A stretch of 64,000 nucleotides of DNA from Candidatus Nanopelagicales bacterium (GTDB taxonomy: Bacteria; Actinomycetota; Actinomycetes; S36-B12), in contig JAFMDS010000002.1 of the NCBI GenBank assembly GCA_017857175.1, forward strand, positions 58,704 to 122,703, read 5' to 3'. The notes under the pieces are model-generated. The model was not told where the DNA came from, did not search any database, and saw nothing but the letters and a program-made list of their open reading frames with translations. Made by a program: the position numbers and the translations under genes. Positions 24,886-34,621 of this stretch are shown piece after piece (positions within the stretch are counted from its first letter, which is position 1; every line of letters starts with the position of its first letter).

Positions 24886-25228
24886 TCTGCTGACCGTCGG
24901 GCAGGTGTCTGATATTCCTCTCGAGACAGTGCGCCATTACGACATTGAAGGGGAACCAGTTGTAATTGCGCACACGTCTGAAGGATTTTTTGCCCTCGAA
25001 GACCGTTGCTCCCATGCGGATGTGGCCTTATCGGAGGGGGAGTTGGACGGATGCATGCTGGAATGTTGGCTCCATGGGGCTGTTTTCGACGTGCGAACTG
25101 GCGTGCCAGCAACGCTTCCAGCGTTAGTGCCCGTTAAGACCTATGACGTATTTGCTGATCCCAGTAACCCTGAAGGCCCGATAGAAGTTAATCCCACCCC
25201 TAATCCGATTCAATCGAAAGGCAAGTAG
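24878..25228 (+). CDS. Rieske-type [2Fe-2S] ferredoxin encoded inside the suf operon
   Basis: The 116-aa protein has the Rieske ligand boxes CSH (DRCSHADV) and CWLH (LECWLHGAVF). There is no signal peptide. An 8-bp overlap joins it to sufD. Confidence 0.85.
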   Translation: MPNLLTVGQVSDIPLETVRHYDIEGEPVVIAHTSEGFFALEDRCSHADVALSEGELDGCMLECWLHGAVFDVRTGVPATLPALVPVKTYDVFADPSNPEGPIEVNPTPNPIQSKGK

Positions 25229-25234
25229 AAGATC

Positions 25235-25993
25235 ATGAGTTCACTAGTCATCACAGACCTTCATGCAAGTGTGATCACCGATGCAGGCGAAAGTGAGATC
25301 CTGCGTGGGGTCTCGCTCACGGTTGAATCCGGCACCACAAATGCAATTATGGGTCCCAACGGATCGGGCAAAAGCACTTTGGCCTATGTCATTGCGGGGC
25401 ATCCCAAGTACACGGTGACGTCAGGCAGCATCACCCTTGATGGCGCAGACGTGTTGGCCATGTCCGTCGATGAACGTGCCCGTGCAGGACTCTTCCTGGC
25501 TATGCAGTACCCCGTGGAGATTCCCGGAGTCTCTGTCTCCAACTTCCTGCGAACCTCTGTTACTGCTCTCCGAGGCGAGGCACCCAAACTTCGCACCTGG
25601 ACCAAGGAGATGAAGGATTCCATGGCAGATCTGCAGATGGATCCTTCCTTCGCTGCTCGAAATGTGAATGAAGGCTTCTCTGGCGGTGAGAAGAAGCGGC
25701 ATGAAATTCTGCAGCTTGGTCTCATGCAGCCAAAGATCGCAGTTCTTGATGAGACAGATTCAGGACTTGATGTTGATGCCCTGAAAGTAGTTTCTGAGGG
25801 AGTCAATCGCTTCAAGGAGGCGACGGACGCTGGCGTTCTCCTGATTACCCATTACACCCGAATTTTGCGTTACATCAAGCCCGATGTCGTTCACGTTTTC
25901 GTCGACGGACGTATCGTGGAAACAGGGGGTCCTGAATTGGCGGATTCCCTCGAATCTGAAGGCTATGAGCGTTTCGCAGCTGCGAAGGCGTAA
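25235..25993 (+). CDS. sufC: Fe-S cluster assembly ATPase SufC
   Basis: Walker A (GPNGSGKST), the signature FSGGEKKR and Walker B (AVLDETDSGLD) are present. The length is 252 aa. Confidence 0.96.
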   Translation: MSSLVITDLHASVITDAGESEILRGVSLTVESGTTNAIMGPNGSGKSTLAYVIAGHPKYTVTSGSITLDGADVLAMSVDERARAGLFLAMQYPVEIPGVSVSNFLRTSVTALRGEAPKLRTWTKEMKDSMADLQMDPSFAARNVNEGFSGGEKKRHEILQLGLMQPKIAVLDETDSGLDVDALKVVSEGVNRFKEATDAGVLLITHYTRILRYIKPDVVHVFVDGRIVETGGPELADSLESEGYERFAAAKA

Positions 25994-26002
25994 ACCAACA
26001 TC

Positions 26003-27292
26003 ATGGCTCTCAACGTAGACGAGATTCGATCGGACTTTCCAATTCTTAAGAGGGATGTACGAGGAGTGCCGCTTGTTTATTTGGACAGCGGTGCGACTTC
26101 TCAAAAGCCCTCGGTGGTCCTGGATGCCGAACGTGCTTTCTATGAAACATCCAATGCCGCGGTGCACCGCGGCGCACACGCTTTAGCAGAGGAGGCAACA
26201 GATGCCTATGAGTCTGCGAGAGAGGTTATTGCTGGTTTTGTAGGAGCATCATCCGATGAAATCGTGTTTACAAAAAATGCCACAGAGGCTATAAATCTTG
26301 TTGCTTATGCCTTTTCAAATGCTACCGACAAGCATCGTCAAGGAATAGAGGTCGATCCAAGGTTCGTGTTGCGCCCCGGTGACAACATTGTTGTCACCGA
26401 AATGGAGCACCATGCGAATTTAATCCCGTGGCAGGAGGTCTGTGCGAAAACGGGCGCCACGCTTAAATGGTTTGGGATCACCGCGGATGGTCGCCTCGAT
26501 ATGGAATCTAATCCGATTGATCAGAACACCAAAATAGTGTCCGTGGTACATCAGTCGAACATTCTCGGGACAATCAACCCAATCGAGGACATCATGCGTA
26601 TGGCGCATAGCGCGGGGGCGCTTGGGTTCGTTGACATGTGTCAGTCGGTTCCTCACATGCCCGTCGACGTTCACGCGACAGGTGCGGATTTTGCGGCTTG
26701 GAGTGGCCACAAGATGCTTGGACCCACGGGTATTGGACTCTTATGGGGAAAGAGTGAATTGCTCAACGCGATGCCACCATTTCTTTCGGGTGGTTCCATG
26801 ATCGAGATGGTGAACATGGATCACAGCACCTATGCACCGGCCCCACAAAGATTTGAAGCTGGGGTGCCCATGGTGGCGCAGGCGGTTGCATTGGCAACCG
26901 CCGTTGGTTACCTTGAACAAATCGGTATGGATAACGTTGCCGAACACGAGCATGAATTAACCGAGTATCTCCTCAACCGTCTGCAGGAGCTTCCAGGCGT
27001 TCACATCATCGGGCCTCCCAATGCAATTGATAGGGGATCAGCCGTCTCCTTTGTCGTCGATGGTATGCATCCACATGATGTCGGACACATAATGGATTCC
27101 CGTGGCGTGGCGGTAAGAGTGGGACATCACTGTGCTTGGCCAACGTGTCGCAGGTTTGATGTGCCCGCGACCACTCGAATAACGCCTTATCTTTACAACT
27201 CCCGCGCAGATATGGATGCTGCGGTCGAAGCGATTGTTGCGGCTCAAGAATTCTTTGGAGTTTTGCCCGAGTCAGAGAAGGTTGGATTGTGA
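26003..27292 (+). CDS. sufS: cysteine desulfurase SufS (class V aminotransferase)
   Basis: The PLP-lysine region (WSGHKMLGPTGIG) and the catalytic Cys loop (RVGHHCAWP) are present. The length is 429 aa. Confidence 0.95.
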   Translation: MALNVDEIRSDFPILKRDVRGVPLVYLDSGATSQKPSVVLDAERAFYETSNAAVHRGAHALAEEATDAYESAREVIAGFVGASSDEIVFTKNATEAINLVAYAFSNATDKHRQGIEVDPRFVLRPGDNIVVTEMEHHANLIPWQEVCAKTGATLKWFGITADGRLDMESNPIDQNTKIVSVVHQSNILGTINPIEDIMRMAHSAGALGFVDMCQSVPHMPVDVHATGADFAAWSGHKMLGPTGIGLLWGKSELLNAMPPFLSGGSMIEMVNMDHSTYAPAPQRFEAGVPMVAQAVALATAVGYLEQIGMDNVAEHEHELTEYLLNRLQELPGVHIIGPPNAIDRGSAVSFVVDGMHPHDVGHIMDSRGVAVRVGHHCAWPTCRRFDVPATTRITPYLYNSRADMDAAVEAIVAAQEFFGVLPESEKVGL

Positions 27293-27753
27293 GCGACGAC
27301 CTTTACCAAGAAATTATTCTGGATCATTACAAGAATCCACGGGGTGTCCACTCACTGGATCACGCATTGGCAGAAAGCCATCAAGTAAATCCCACTTGCG
27401 GTGATGAAGTCACCGTCTGGGTCGGTGAAGGTGATAACGGCTCCTTGGATGTTGCCTATGTCGGACAAGGATGTTCCATCTCGCAAGCCAGCGCTAGTGT
27501 CATGAGCGAACTGGTCGCAGGCAAAGACGCAGCGACCGTGAGCAAATTGGAAGATGCGTTCATGGAACTCATGCAATCGAAGGGAAATCTTCAGCCTGAT
27601 GAGGATGTTCTCGAGGATGCCATCGCTTTTGCTGGTGTCTCAAAATATCCTGCGCGAATCAAATGCGCATTAATCTCATGGATGGCTCTCAAGGATGCAC
27701 GTATAAAAGCGGGATTGACCGATCACGCATCAGATATAGATGAGGAGAACTAA
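27289..27753 (+). CDS. sufU: Fe-S assembly sulfur-transfer protein SufU (IscU-like)
   Basis: Conserved Cys motifs are present (NPTCGDE, GQGCSISQASAS, RIKCALI). A 4-bp overlap joins it to sufS. Confidence 0.9.
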   Translation: MSDDLYQEIILDHYKNPRGVHSLDHALAESHQVNPTCGDEVTVWVGEGDNGSLDVAYVGQGCSISQASASVMSELVAGKDAATVSKLEDAFMELMQSKGNLQPDEDVLEDAIAFAGVSKYPARIKCALISWMALKDARIKAGLTDHASDIDEEN

Positions 27754-28064
27754 TGGCTGCGACCGATGAAGAAGTATTGGAGGCCATGAAGGACGTTATT
27801 GATCCCGAGCTCGGGATCAATGTCGTTGATCTGGGATTGGTCTATGGAGTAACCGTCGATGACAACAATTCAGCGACAGTTGACATGACATTGACTTCTG
27901 CGGCGTGCCCACTCACTGATGTCATCGAGGATCAAACAAGGAGCGCACTAGATAGTGTTGTGACCGATTTCCGCATCAACTGGGTCTGGATGCCACCCTG
28001 GGGACCCGACAAAATTACCGACGACGGTCGGGACATGCTTCGTTCCTTGGGTTTCAACGTTTAG
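27753..28064 (+). CDS. sufT: DUF59 / SufT-like Fe-S assembly protein
   Basis: The 103-aa protein has the motifs DPELGINVVDLGLVY and TLTSAACPL. It is the terminal gene of the suf operon. Confidence 0.82.
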   Translation: MAATDEEVLEAMKDVIDPELGINVVDLGLVYGVTVDDNNSATVDMTLTSAACPLTDVIEDQTRSALDSVVTDFRINWVWMPPWGPDKITDDGRDMLRSLGFNV

Positions 28065-28129
28065 TTCTGCGGAACTGCGTTTGTCGGTGGTGTTTGCGCA
28101 GTGGGACAGGCGGGTAGACTGAGCCAACC

Positions 28130-29734
28130 ATGATTCAAGCCACAGACATCGAATTGCGGGCGGGATCTGAGTTGCTACTCACCACGCCGCTGCTGCGCGT
28201 CGATTCGGGAGACCGAATTGGGCTGGTAGGGCGAAATGGTGCAGGTAAAACCACATTGACCAAGGTGTTAGCGGGTGAGGGTCAACCTGCCGCTGGATCA
28301 ATCAAGACCACGGGCACGGTGGGGTACCTGCCCCAAGACCCTCGGGTTGCAGATCCCGAGCAGAAGGCAAAAGATCGGATTCTCAGTGCTCGTGGTCTCG
28401 ACAATGTCCTAGTGAGAATGCATCAAGCGTCAGCATCCATGGCGGAACCAAATATTGCACCCGATGAGTTTGACAGGTTGGGCTCTAAATACAACAGGGC
28501 CCTCACCGAATTCGAGGCGCTTGGGGGATACGCAGTTGAATCCGAAGCGGCGACAATTTCAGCGTCAATCGGATTACCCGAACGAATCCTTGAGCAAAAA
28601 TTGGGCACCCTTTCAGGCGGGCAAAGACGCCGAGTGGAGCTAGCCCGAATCTTGTTCAGTGGTTCAGATGTCTTGTTGCTCGACGAACCGACAAACCACT
28701 TGGACGCCGATTCCATTCGATGGCTGCGCAAATACCTGAGTAATTATGAAGGTGGATTCATCGTCATCAGCCATGACACCGAGCTTCTAGCCGATACCGT
28801 GAATAAGGTTTGGCATCTGGATGCCAATCGGCAAGAGATCGATCAATACACAATGTCGTGGGACAAATATATTCTCGCGCGCGAAGTCGATGAGCGCAGG
28901 CGCAAGAGAGAACGCAGAAATGCCGAGCAACAGGCTGACACTCTTCGCAAACAAGCCGAAAAAATGCGCGCCAAAGCCACCAAGGCAAAGGCAGCTCAAA
29001 ATATGTTCAAGAGGGCAGACAAGCTGCTGTCCGAGACTTCAGTTGCACAGCGCAAAGATGCAGTGGCCAAATTGCGTTTCCCCACTCCCAAACCCTGTGG
29101 TCGGGTACCCCTAACGGCCCATCAACTTTCGCGAACTTACGGCAGCTTAGAAGTTTTCACCGATGTTAATCTCGCCATTGATCGTGGGAGCAAAGTTGTC
29201 ATCCTTGGACTCAACGGGGCGGGAAAAACGACGATGCTTCGAATTCTCGCGGGCATTGACACGCCTGATACCGGTACGCGCGAGTTAGGTCACGGGGCGG
29301 TGATCGGGTATTACGCGCAGGAGCATGAGACCCTTGACCCAAGCGCGACAGTATGGGAGACCATGGCTGCCGCAGGATCGCACTTGAACGATACTGCGCA
29401 GAGGACGGTCCTAGGTTCATTTCTATTCCAAGGTGATGCTGTTCACAAATTGACTGGCGTGCTTTCAGGCGGCGAGAAAACCCGACTAGCCCTCGCATGC
29501 CTTGTTGTGTCCGGTGCCAATGTCCTACTGCTCGATGAACCAACAAACAACCTTGACCCAGCCAGTCGCGCCGAGGTGCTTAATGCATTGTCCCTCTATG
29601 AAGGGGCGGTAATCTTGGTGACGCATGATCCAGGGGCTGTGTTCGCACTGAATCCGGAGAGGGTGTTGATTTTGCCCGACGGTGATGAAGATCTCTGGAG
29701 TGATAGCTATGCAGAATTAGTGGAACTTGCTTGA
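28130..29734 (+). CDS. ABC-F family ATPase with two nucleotide-binding domains and no transmembrane domain
   Basis: There are two full motif sets: GRNGAGKTT / LSGGQRRR / LLLDEPTNHLD, and GLNGAGKTT / LSGGEKTR / LLLDEPTNNLD. A charged, coiled linker (RRRKRERRNAEQQADTLRKQAEKMRAKATKAKAAQ) separates them. Confidence 0.92.
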   Translation: MIQATDIELRAGSELLLTTPLLRVDSGDRIGLVGRNGAGKTTLTKVLAGEGQPAAGSIKTTGTVGYLPQDPRVADPEQKAKDRILSARGLDNVLVRMHQASASMAEPNIAPDEFDRLGSKYNRALTEFEALGGYAVESEAATISASIGLPERILEQKLGTLSGGQRRRVELARILFSGSDVLLLDEPTNHLDADSIRWLRKYLSNYEGGFIVISHDTELLADTVNKVWHLDANRQEIDQYTMSWDKYILAREVDERRRKRERRNAEQQADTLRKQAEKMRAKATKAKAAQNMFKRADKLLSETSVAQRKDAVAKLRFPTPKPCGRVPLTAHQLSRTYGSLEVFTDVNLAIDRGSKVVILGLNGAGKTTMLRILAGIDTPDTGTRELGHGAVIGYYAQEHETLDPSATVWETMAAAGSHLNDTAQRTVLGSFLFQGDAVHKLTGVLSGGEKTRLALACLVVSGANVLLLDEPTNNLDPASRAEVLNALSLYEGAVILVTHDPGAVFALNPERVLILPDGDEDLWSDSYAELVELA

Positions 29735-29785
29735 ACCAATAATCGATATAAGTTTAAGGGATACAACGACAAGGGGAGTGCAGCA

Positions 29786-30550
29786 ATGAATATCGTTACG
29801 CAACTATCGGGAGACGCCTTCAACATCACGCTCGATAGCCCCAAGAACCTCAATGCTCAGTCACCCGGGATGTGGGAGCAACTGACCGAGATATTTCACG
29901 CGGTACCGACCGCTGCCCGGTTTATTATCCTGAGGGGAAATGGAAAAGCATTCTCGGCTGGGTTAGATCGCGAAATGTTCACCCCACAGGGTATTGAGGG
30001 GCAACCATCTTTTCTTGACCTCGCAGCACTCCCAGAGGACGAAATCGACGGCATCATTTCGCATTATCAAGAAGCATTTCGAACGTTGAGGGATCTACCT
30101 CAACTGAGTTTTGCCCTTGTTCAGGGGTATGCAATCGGCGCGGGATTTCAATTGGCGTTGGCATGCGACATGATTGTCACAGAGCCGGATGCACAATTTG
30201 CGTTGAAGGAGACTTCCCTAGGCTTGATACCAGATCTTGGCGGATCGGGGCACATTTACCGGCTGCTGGGTTATTCACGGGCACTTGAATTCTGTGCAAC
30301 TGGGAGATTCATGTCAGGCGTCGAAGCGCATGCACTTGGAGTTGCAGTCTCATGTACTGCGGATCTCGAAGCCGGTCTCGACAGCATCCTCGAACCAATG
30401 CGCGCCGCGACGCCTAATGCAGTTGTTGAGACAAAGCAAGTTCTGAGAAATATCGCATATGGAGAAGAACCATGGCTTGCTGAGCGACGTGCACAGACGC
30501 GCAGGCTCAAGGATCTCAGGTCAGTCTTCATGCAATCGCAAGGGTCATAA
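29786..30550 (+). CDS. enoyl-CoA hydratase/isomerase (crotonase) family protein
   Basis: The crotonase-fold oxyanion region GNGKAFSAGLD is present, and GYAIGAGFQLALACD follows. The length is 254 aa. Confidence 0.85.
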   Translation: MNIVTQLSGDAFNITLDSPKNLNAQSPGMWEQLTEIFHAVPTAARFIILRGNGKAFSAGLDREMFTPQGIEGQPSFLDLAALPEDEIDGIISHYQEAFRTLRDLPQLSFALVQGYAIGAGFQLALACDMIVTEPDAQFALKETSLGLIPDLGGSGHIYRLLGYSRALEFCATGRFMSGVEAHALGVAVSCTADLEAGLDSILEPMRAATPNAVVETKQVLRNIAYGEEPWLAERRAQTRRLKDLRSVFMQSQGS

Positions 30551-30560
30551 TTCCGTGTCC

Positions 30561-32423
30561 ATGGAAAATGCATGGCAGATGTACAGATCCCTTACTAGGG
30601 ACAGTTCTGTCAAAGAGAATAAAATTTCTCGCGCATTGGTCAAGCGTATTTTGACTTACGCCAGGCCATACAAAATTCTCATTACGTTTTTCCTAATATC
30701 ACTTGTCTTTGCCTCGCTATTGAGCGTGGCGCAGCCTCTACTTTTTCGTCGAATTGTTGATCAAGGGATTACGCCGGGGAACGCATCCCTCGTTACATGG
30801 ACGGCAATATTGATTGCGGTTCTTGCGGTCGCCGATGCGGGTCTAGGTCTAGTCAGTCGATATTTTTCTGCACGAATAGGTGAGGGACTCATTTTTGATC
30901 TTCGAACACAGGTTTATGACCATGTACAGGCTCAAAGTGTTGCATTTTTTACCCGAGCGCAGACGGGTGCCTTAATTTCTCGCCTCAATAATGATGTGAT
31001 CGGTGCGCAACAAGCTTTCACCTCAACGCTCGGTGGTGTGTTAGGCAACCTAATTTCACTCGTCATCGTTCTTGTCACCATGTTCGTACTGTCGTGGCAA
31101 ATAACATTGGTGTCTCTAGTTTTGGTGCCATTGTTTCTTTTCCCTGCCCGGTTCATGGGTCGGAGGCTCCAGGCGATGACCCGTGAGGCGATGACCGTCA
31201 ATGCTGATATGAGTACTCAGATGACCGAAAGGTTCAATGTCGCTGGCGCCCTTCTGGTGAAACTTTTTGGCCGCCCACAGCAAGAATCTGAGTCCTTCGG
31301 TTCTAAAGCAGCCGTAGTTCGTGACGTTGGAGTCCGCATCGCCATGGCTAACAGATGGTTCTTCACCGCACTAACTTTGGTTGCCGCTTTGGCGACCGCT
31401 ATTACCTACGGATTAGGTGGCAATTTAGTCATTCAGGGTGCGATATCACTGGGAACTCTGCTGGCTCTGGTGGGGCTTCTCGCTCAACTTTATGGTCCCT
31501 TAACAGCGCTATCGAATGTCCGAGTTGACGTCATGACGGCACTGGTTTCCTTCGACAGAGTGTTTGAGGTTCTTGATCTCCAACCATTGGTCAAAGAGCC
31601 TGAAAATGCAAGGGAAATTCCTTCGGGCCCCCTCGACATCAATTTCTCTGGTGTCAGTTTCACCTACCCACGTGCCAGTGATGTAAGCCTCAGTTCACTG
31701 TCTTCGTCACCGGAAGCAGAAGTGGAAGATGCCGAGGAGCCCGTCCTGTCGGATGTCTCCTTCGAAGTCCCATCCGGAACATTGACCGCCTTGGTGGGTC
31801 CATCCGGGGCGGGCAAAACCACAATCACCGCACTGCTTGCACGGCTCTACGATCCAACATCGGGCAAGATTCTGGTTGGAGGCGTTGATATCCGTGACGT
31901 TAGCTCCCAGGATTTGCGTGACTCCATGGGAGTGGTCACACAAGATGCGCACCTTTTCCACGACACGATAAGGGCTAACCTTCTCTATGCTCGACCGGAT
32001 GCTAGTGACACTGACATCAATGCTGCCTGTGCCGACGCTCAAATACTCCCAATGATTCAAGCGCTGCCCAACGGCCTTGACACAGTTGTTGGTGACCGTG
32101 GCTACCGGTTGTCTGGTGGCGAGAAACAGCGAATTGCCCTCGCTAGGCTTTTGCTTAAGTCACCGAGAGTCGTGATTCTCGATGAAGCTACCGCGCATCT
32201 GGATAGTGAGAGCGAACGTGCGGTTCACCAAGCCCTTGATAATGCTCTGGAAGGTCGCACATCAGTTGTCATTGCCCACAGGCTCTCCACGATCAGAAGT
32301 GCCAATCAGATTCTCGTCGTTGTTGCGGGGCAGATCCTCGAGCGAGGTACGCATGATGAACTGATGGATCGTGGATCAACGTACTCAGAGTTGTATCGCA
32401 CACAATTTGCTGAGTCAGAATGA
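30561..32423 (+). CDS. ABC exporter with fused permease and ATPase (MsbA-like half transporter)
   Basis: An N-terminal six-helix transmembrane domain is followed by an NBD with GPSGAGKTT, LSGGEKQR and ILDEATAHLD. The ATG at 30561 lies just after the stop of the upstream gene. The ORF-track start at 30459 would overlap that gene by 92 bp. Confidence 0.92.
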   Translation: MENAWQMYRSLTRDSSVKENKISRALVKRILTYARPYKILITFFLISLVFASLLSVAQPLLFRRIVDQGITPGNASLVTWTAILIAVLAVADAGLGLVSRYFSARIGEGLIFDLRTQVYDHVQAQSVAFFTRAQTGALISRLNNDVIGAQQAFTSTLGGVLGNLISLVIVLVTMFVLSWQITLVSLVLVPLFLFPARFMGRRLQAMTREAMTVNADMSTQMTERFNVAGALLVKLFGRPQQESESFGSKAAVVRDVGVRIAMANRWFFTALTLVAALATAITYGLGGNLVIQGAISLGTLLALVGLLAQLYGPLTALSNVRVDVMTALVSFDRVFEVLDLQPLVKEPENAREIPSGPLDINFSGVSFTYPRASDVSLSSLSSSPEAEVEDAEEPVLSDVSFEVPSGTLTALVGPSGAGKTTITALLARLYDPTSGKILVGGVDIRDVSSQDLRDSMGVVTQDAHLFHDTIRANLLYARPDASDTDINAACADAQILPMIQALPNGLDTVVGDRGYRLSGGEKQRIALARLLLKSPRVVILDEATAHLDSESERAVHQALDNALEGRTSVVIAHRLSTIRSANQILVVVAGQILERGTHDELMDRGSTYSELYRTQFAESE

Positions 32424-33161
32424 AACGCTGGACTGATCTTCTCGCGCCGCTTCGTCTGCAGCTTCGCGCCGCAAGAAGATAAACCATCCGATAATTGCAA
32501 CGAGTGCAAAAAGAATCCACTGCACTGCATAGGAAATATTTTGCCCTTCATCGACCGAAGGAACGGGGACAACTGTGAGTTCCTCGGTGGGATCAGAGGC
32601 GGTAATTTGAACAACACGGTCCTGAAAAGTCGAACCGGGGATTTGTGTACTTCGCTCGAGATCTAAAGTAGACATTGCTGAGATCACATTTGAAGGAAGT
32701 CCCTCGCCCGAATCCTTTGCGACCTCGAATAGCCTGATAACGCCTTTTAATTGAATGGTTCCCGTTGGGATGGCTGGAATTTCGGGTGCTGTATTGGCCT
32801 GAGTTGATGCGCCTAACCAACCTCGTAGAACCCAGACGAGATTGGATGGCGGAGCTTCTTGAGGCTGGAATGCTGACATCACCCAGTACCCATTACCTCC
32901 GTCCAGCGGCCGTTGCCGAATCAACTGAGTCGATTCGGGGATAAAATTGCCATTCATGGACACTCGTGAGAACTCGTCGAGACCGGTTACATAGCTTGTT
33001 GAACCGGGGACCACGTAGCCCTGTTCAATGGAGATTCGTTCGATTCGATGCTCTTCGGCACGTGCCCATTGCCAGCGACTCAAAAGTCCAAAACCGATGA
33101 TGGACACGATGACCAGACACGTGAAGCCGATCCAACGGGGAGTACGTAGGAGGGCCAGCAT
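32415..33161 (-). CDS. SURF1 family cytochrome oxidase assembly protein
   Basis: An N-terminal helix plus a WQWxR motif (LSRWQWARAEEH) is present. The C-terminal helix begins with YAVQWILFA. The 248 aa length is typical of bacterial SURF1. Confidence 0.8.
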   Translation of the reverse strand: MLALLRTPRWIGFTCLVIVSIIGFGLLSRWQWARAEEHRIERISIEQGYVVPGSTSYVTGLDEFSRVSMNGNFIPESTQLIRQRPLDGGNGYWVMSAFQPQEAPPSNLVWVLRGWLGASTQANTAPEIPAIPTGTIQLKGVIRLFEVAKDSGEGLPSNVISAMSTLDLERSTQIPGSTFQDRVVQITASDPTEELTVVPVPSVDEGQNISYAVQWILFALVAIIGWFIFLRREAADEAAREDQSSVSF

Positions 33162-33183
33162 GATTCAACTCTAAATGACTGCT

Positions 33184-33552
33184 CTAAGGCGTTTGTCGAG
33201 AGCCAATCTCGCGGGGCATGACAATGATGTCATTCTGTGACGGACCGGGTGTTTGATGGCCAGCACGGGTTTGCGCTTGCGCTTGAGCCTGGGAGGGAAG
33301 CGAAACAGCAGTGACCCCCATGCTGCCAGGTTCATCGTTTTCTCGTCCCGCGTTTGCCATGACTACGGCGAGATAAGGCAGAATGACCGCCCCTGCAATA
33401 AAAAGCCATTTGGGCCAGCCGGGGACGACTATGGCCGCCAATACGCAACCGGTTCTGATTCCCATGGAGATGAGATATTTCTTGGTGCGGCCGACCTGCT
33501 CATTGCTCAAGGCGCGGTTGGTTTGTGTGATGGTGTAAACCTCAGGCGCCAT
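33184..33552 (-). CDS. small two-helix membrane protein, DUF3099-like
   Basis: The 122-aa protein has two adjacent hydrophobic helices after KKYLISMGIR. The family assignment is from memory only. Confidence 0.55.
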   Translation of the reverse strand: MAPEVYTITQTNRALSNEQVGRTKKYLISMGIRTGCVLAAIVVPGWPKWLFIAGAVILPYLAVVMANAGRENDEPGSMGVTAVSLPSQAQAQAQTRAGHQTPGPSQNDIIVMPREIGSRQTP

Positions 33553-33619
33553 GCCGATAGCCTACGCCTTGATGGGCATTCCTGCCCATTGACAGAAAGA
33601 ACTACTGTGAGGTGTTGTT

Positions 33620-33832
33620 GTGACTGATCGTGCTTATGGCATGGCTCAAATTGTTGGCACATCCGAGGAATCGGTGGACCAAGCAATTAAGAACGCAGTG
33701 GCTCGTGCAGGCGAGCTGCATAAGCACGTTGACTGGTTTGAAGTAGATCAAGTTCGTGGTTATGTACGCGATAACAATGTTGACCATTTTCAGGTGACCG
33801 TACGTGTTGGATATCGGTTAGAGGATAAATAA
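33620..33832 (+). CDS. dodecin family flavin-binding protein
   Basis: The 70-aa protein aligns by eye along its whole length with remembered mycobacterial dodecin (IVGTS..VD.AI...ARA......DWFEV...RG......V.HFQVT..VG.RLED). Confidence 0.9.
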   Translation: MTDRAYGMAQIVGTSEESVDQAIKNAVARAGELHKHVDWFEVDQVRGYVRDNNVDHFQVTVRVGYRLEDK

Positions 33833-33835
33833 CCA

Positions 33836-34564
33836 GTGGACGGCACATCAATTGCATTCGTGACAGGTGGCAACAGGGGTATTGGATTGGAAACCGCCAA
33901 GGCCCTGTCGGCGGCTGGACACACGGTCGTGATCGGATCTCGCAGCGGGTCAGTTGAAGAATCTGCGGGCTTGCCTGATGGTATTCACAGTGTCCGAGTG
34001 GATGTGAGTGACTCTGAGTCAATCGATCAGGCAATCTCAGAGATCGAGCAATCATGGGGGCCGGTCAACGTCCTGGTGGCAAATGCCGGCATCACACGCG
34101 ACACTTTGCTCATGCGCATGTCTGACGAGGACATCGAGGCAACGATTTCAACGAATCTCACTGGATCTATCCGACTAGCGCGCAGGGTGTTGCGAGGGAT
34201 GTTGAAGGCCAAGGGCGGTCGAATCATCTTCATGTCTTCGGTTGTTGGGCTTCTTGGAAGTGCTGGTCAAGTGAATTACTCAGCTTCCAAAGCTGGGCTC
34301 GTTGGTGCAGCTCGGTCCTTGACCCGTGAAGTGGGTTCTAGGGGCATCACCGTTAATGTGGTTGCACCTGGGTTTATTGACACCGATATGACGGCAGGCC
34401 TCGCAGACGAGACGAAGGCCGGAATCCTCGCGTCCATTCCAACAGGTCGCTACGGAAGTGTTCAAGAGGTAGCCGAAACGGTGGTTTTTCTGGCCTCCGA
34501 CGGGGCGTCGTATATTTCCGGTGCAGTTATCCCGGTTGACGGTGGGCTTGGAATGGGACATTAG
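33836..34564 (+). CDS. fabG: 3-oxoacyl-[ACP] reductase (FabG1/MabA-like SDR)
   Basis: Motifs VTGGNRGIG, NAG, YSASKAG and the C-terminus SYISGAVIPVDGGLGMGH are present. These closely resemble the remembered M. tuberculosis MabA. It lies directly upstream of an InhA-like gene. Confidence 0.92.
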   Translation: MDGTSIAFVTGGNRGIGLETAKALSAAGHTVVIGSRSGSVEESAGLPDGIHSVRVDVSDSESIDQAISEIEQSWGPVNVLVANAGITRDTLLMRMSDEDIEATISTNLTGSIRLARRVLRGMLKAKGGRIIFMSSVVGLLGSAGQVNYSASKAGLVGAARSLTREVGSRGITVNVVAPGFIDTDMTAGLADETKAGILASIPTGRYGSVQEVAETVVFLASDGASYISGAVIPVDGGLGMGH

Positions 34565-34621
34565 GCAAATGCGCATACAGGAAATTCTTGGCAACCGATC
34601 GCTTACTGGAAAGGCACTCCC

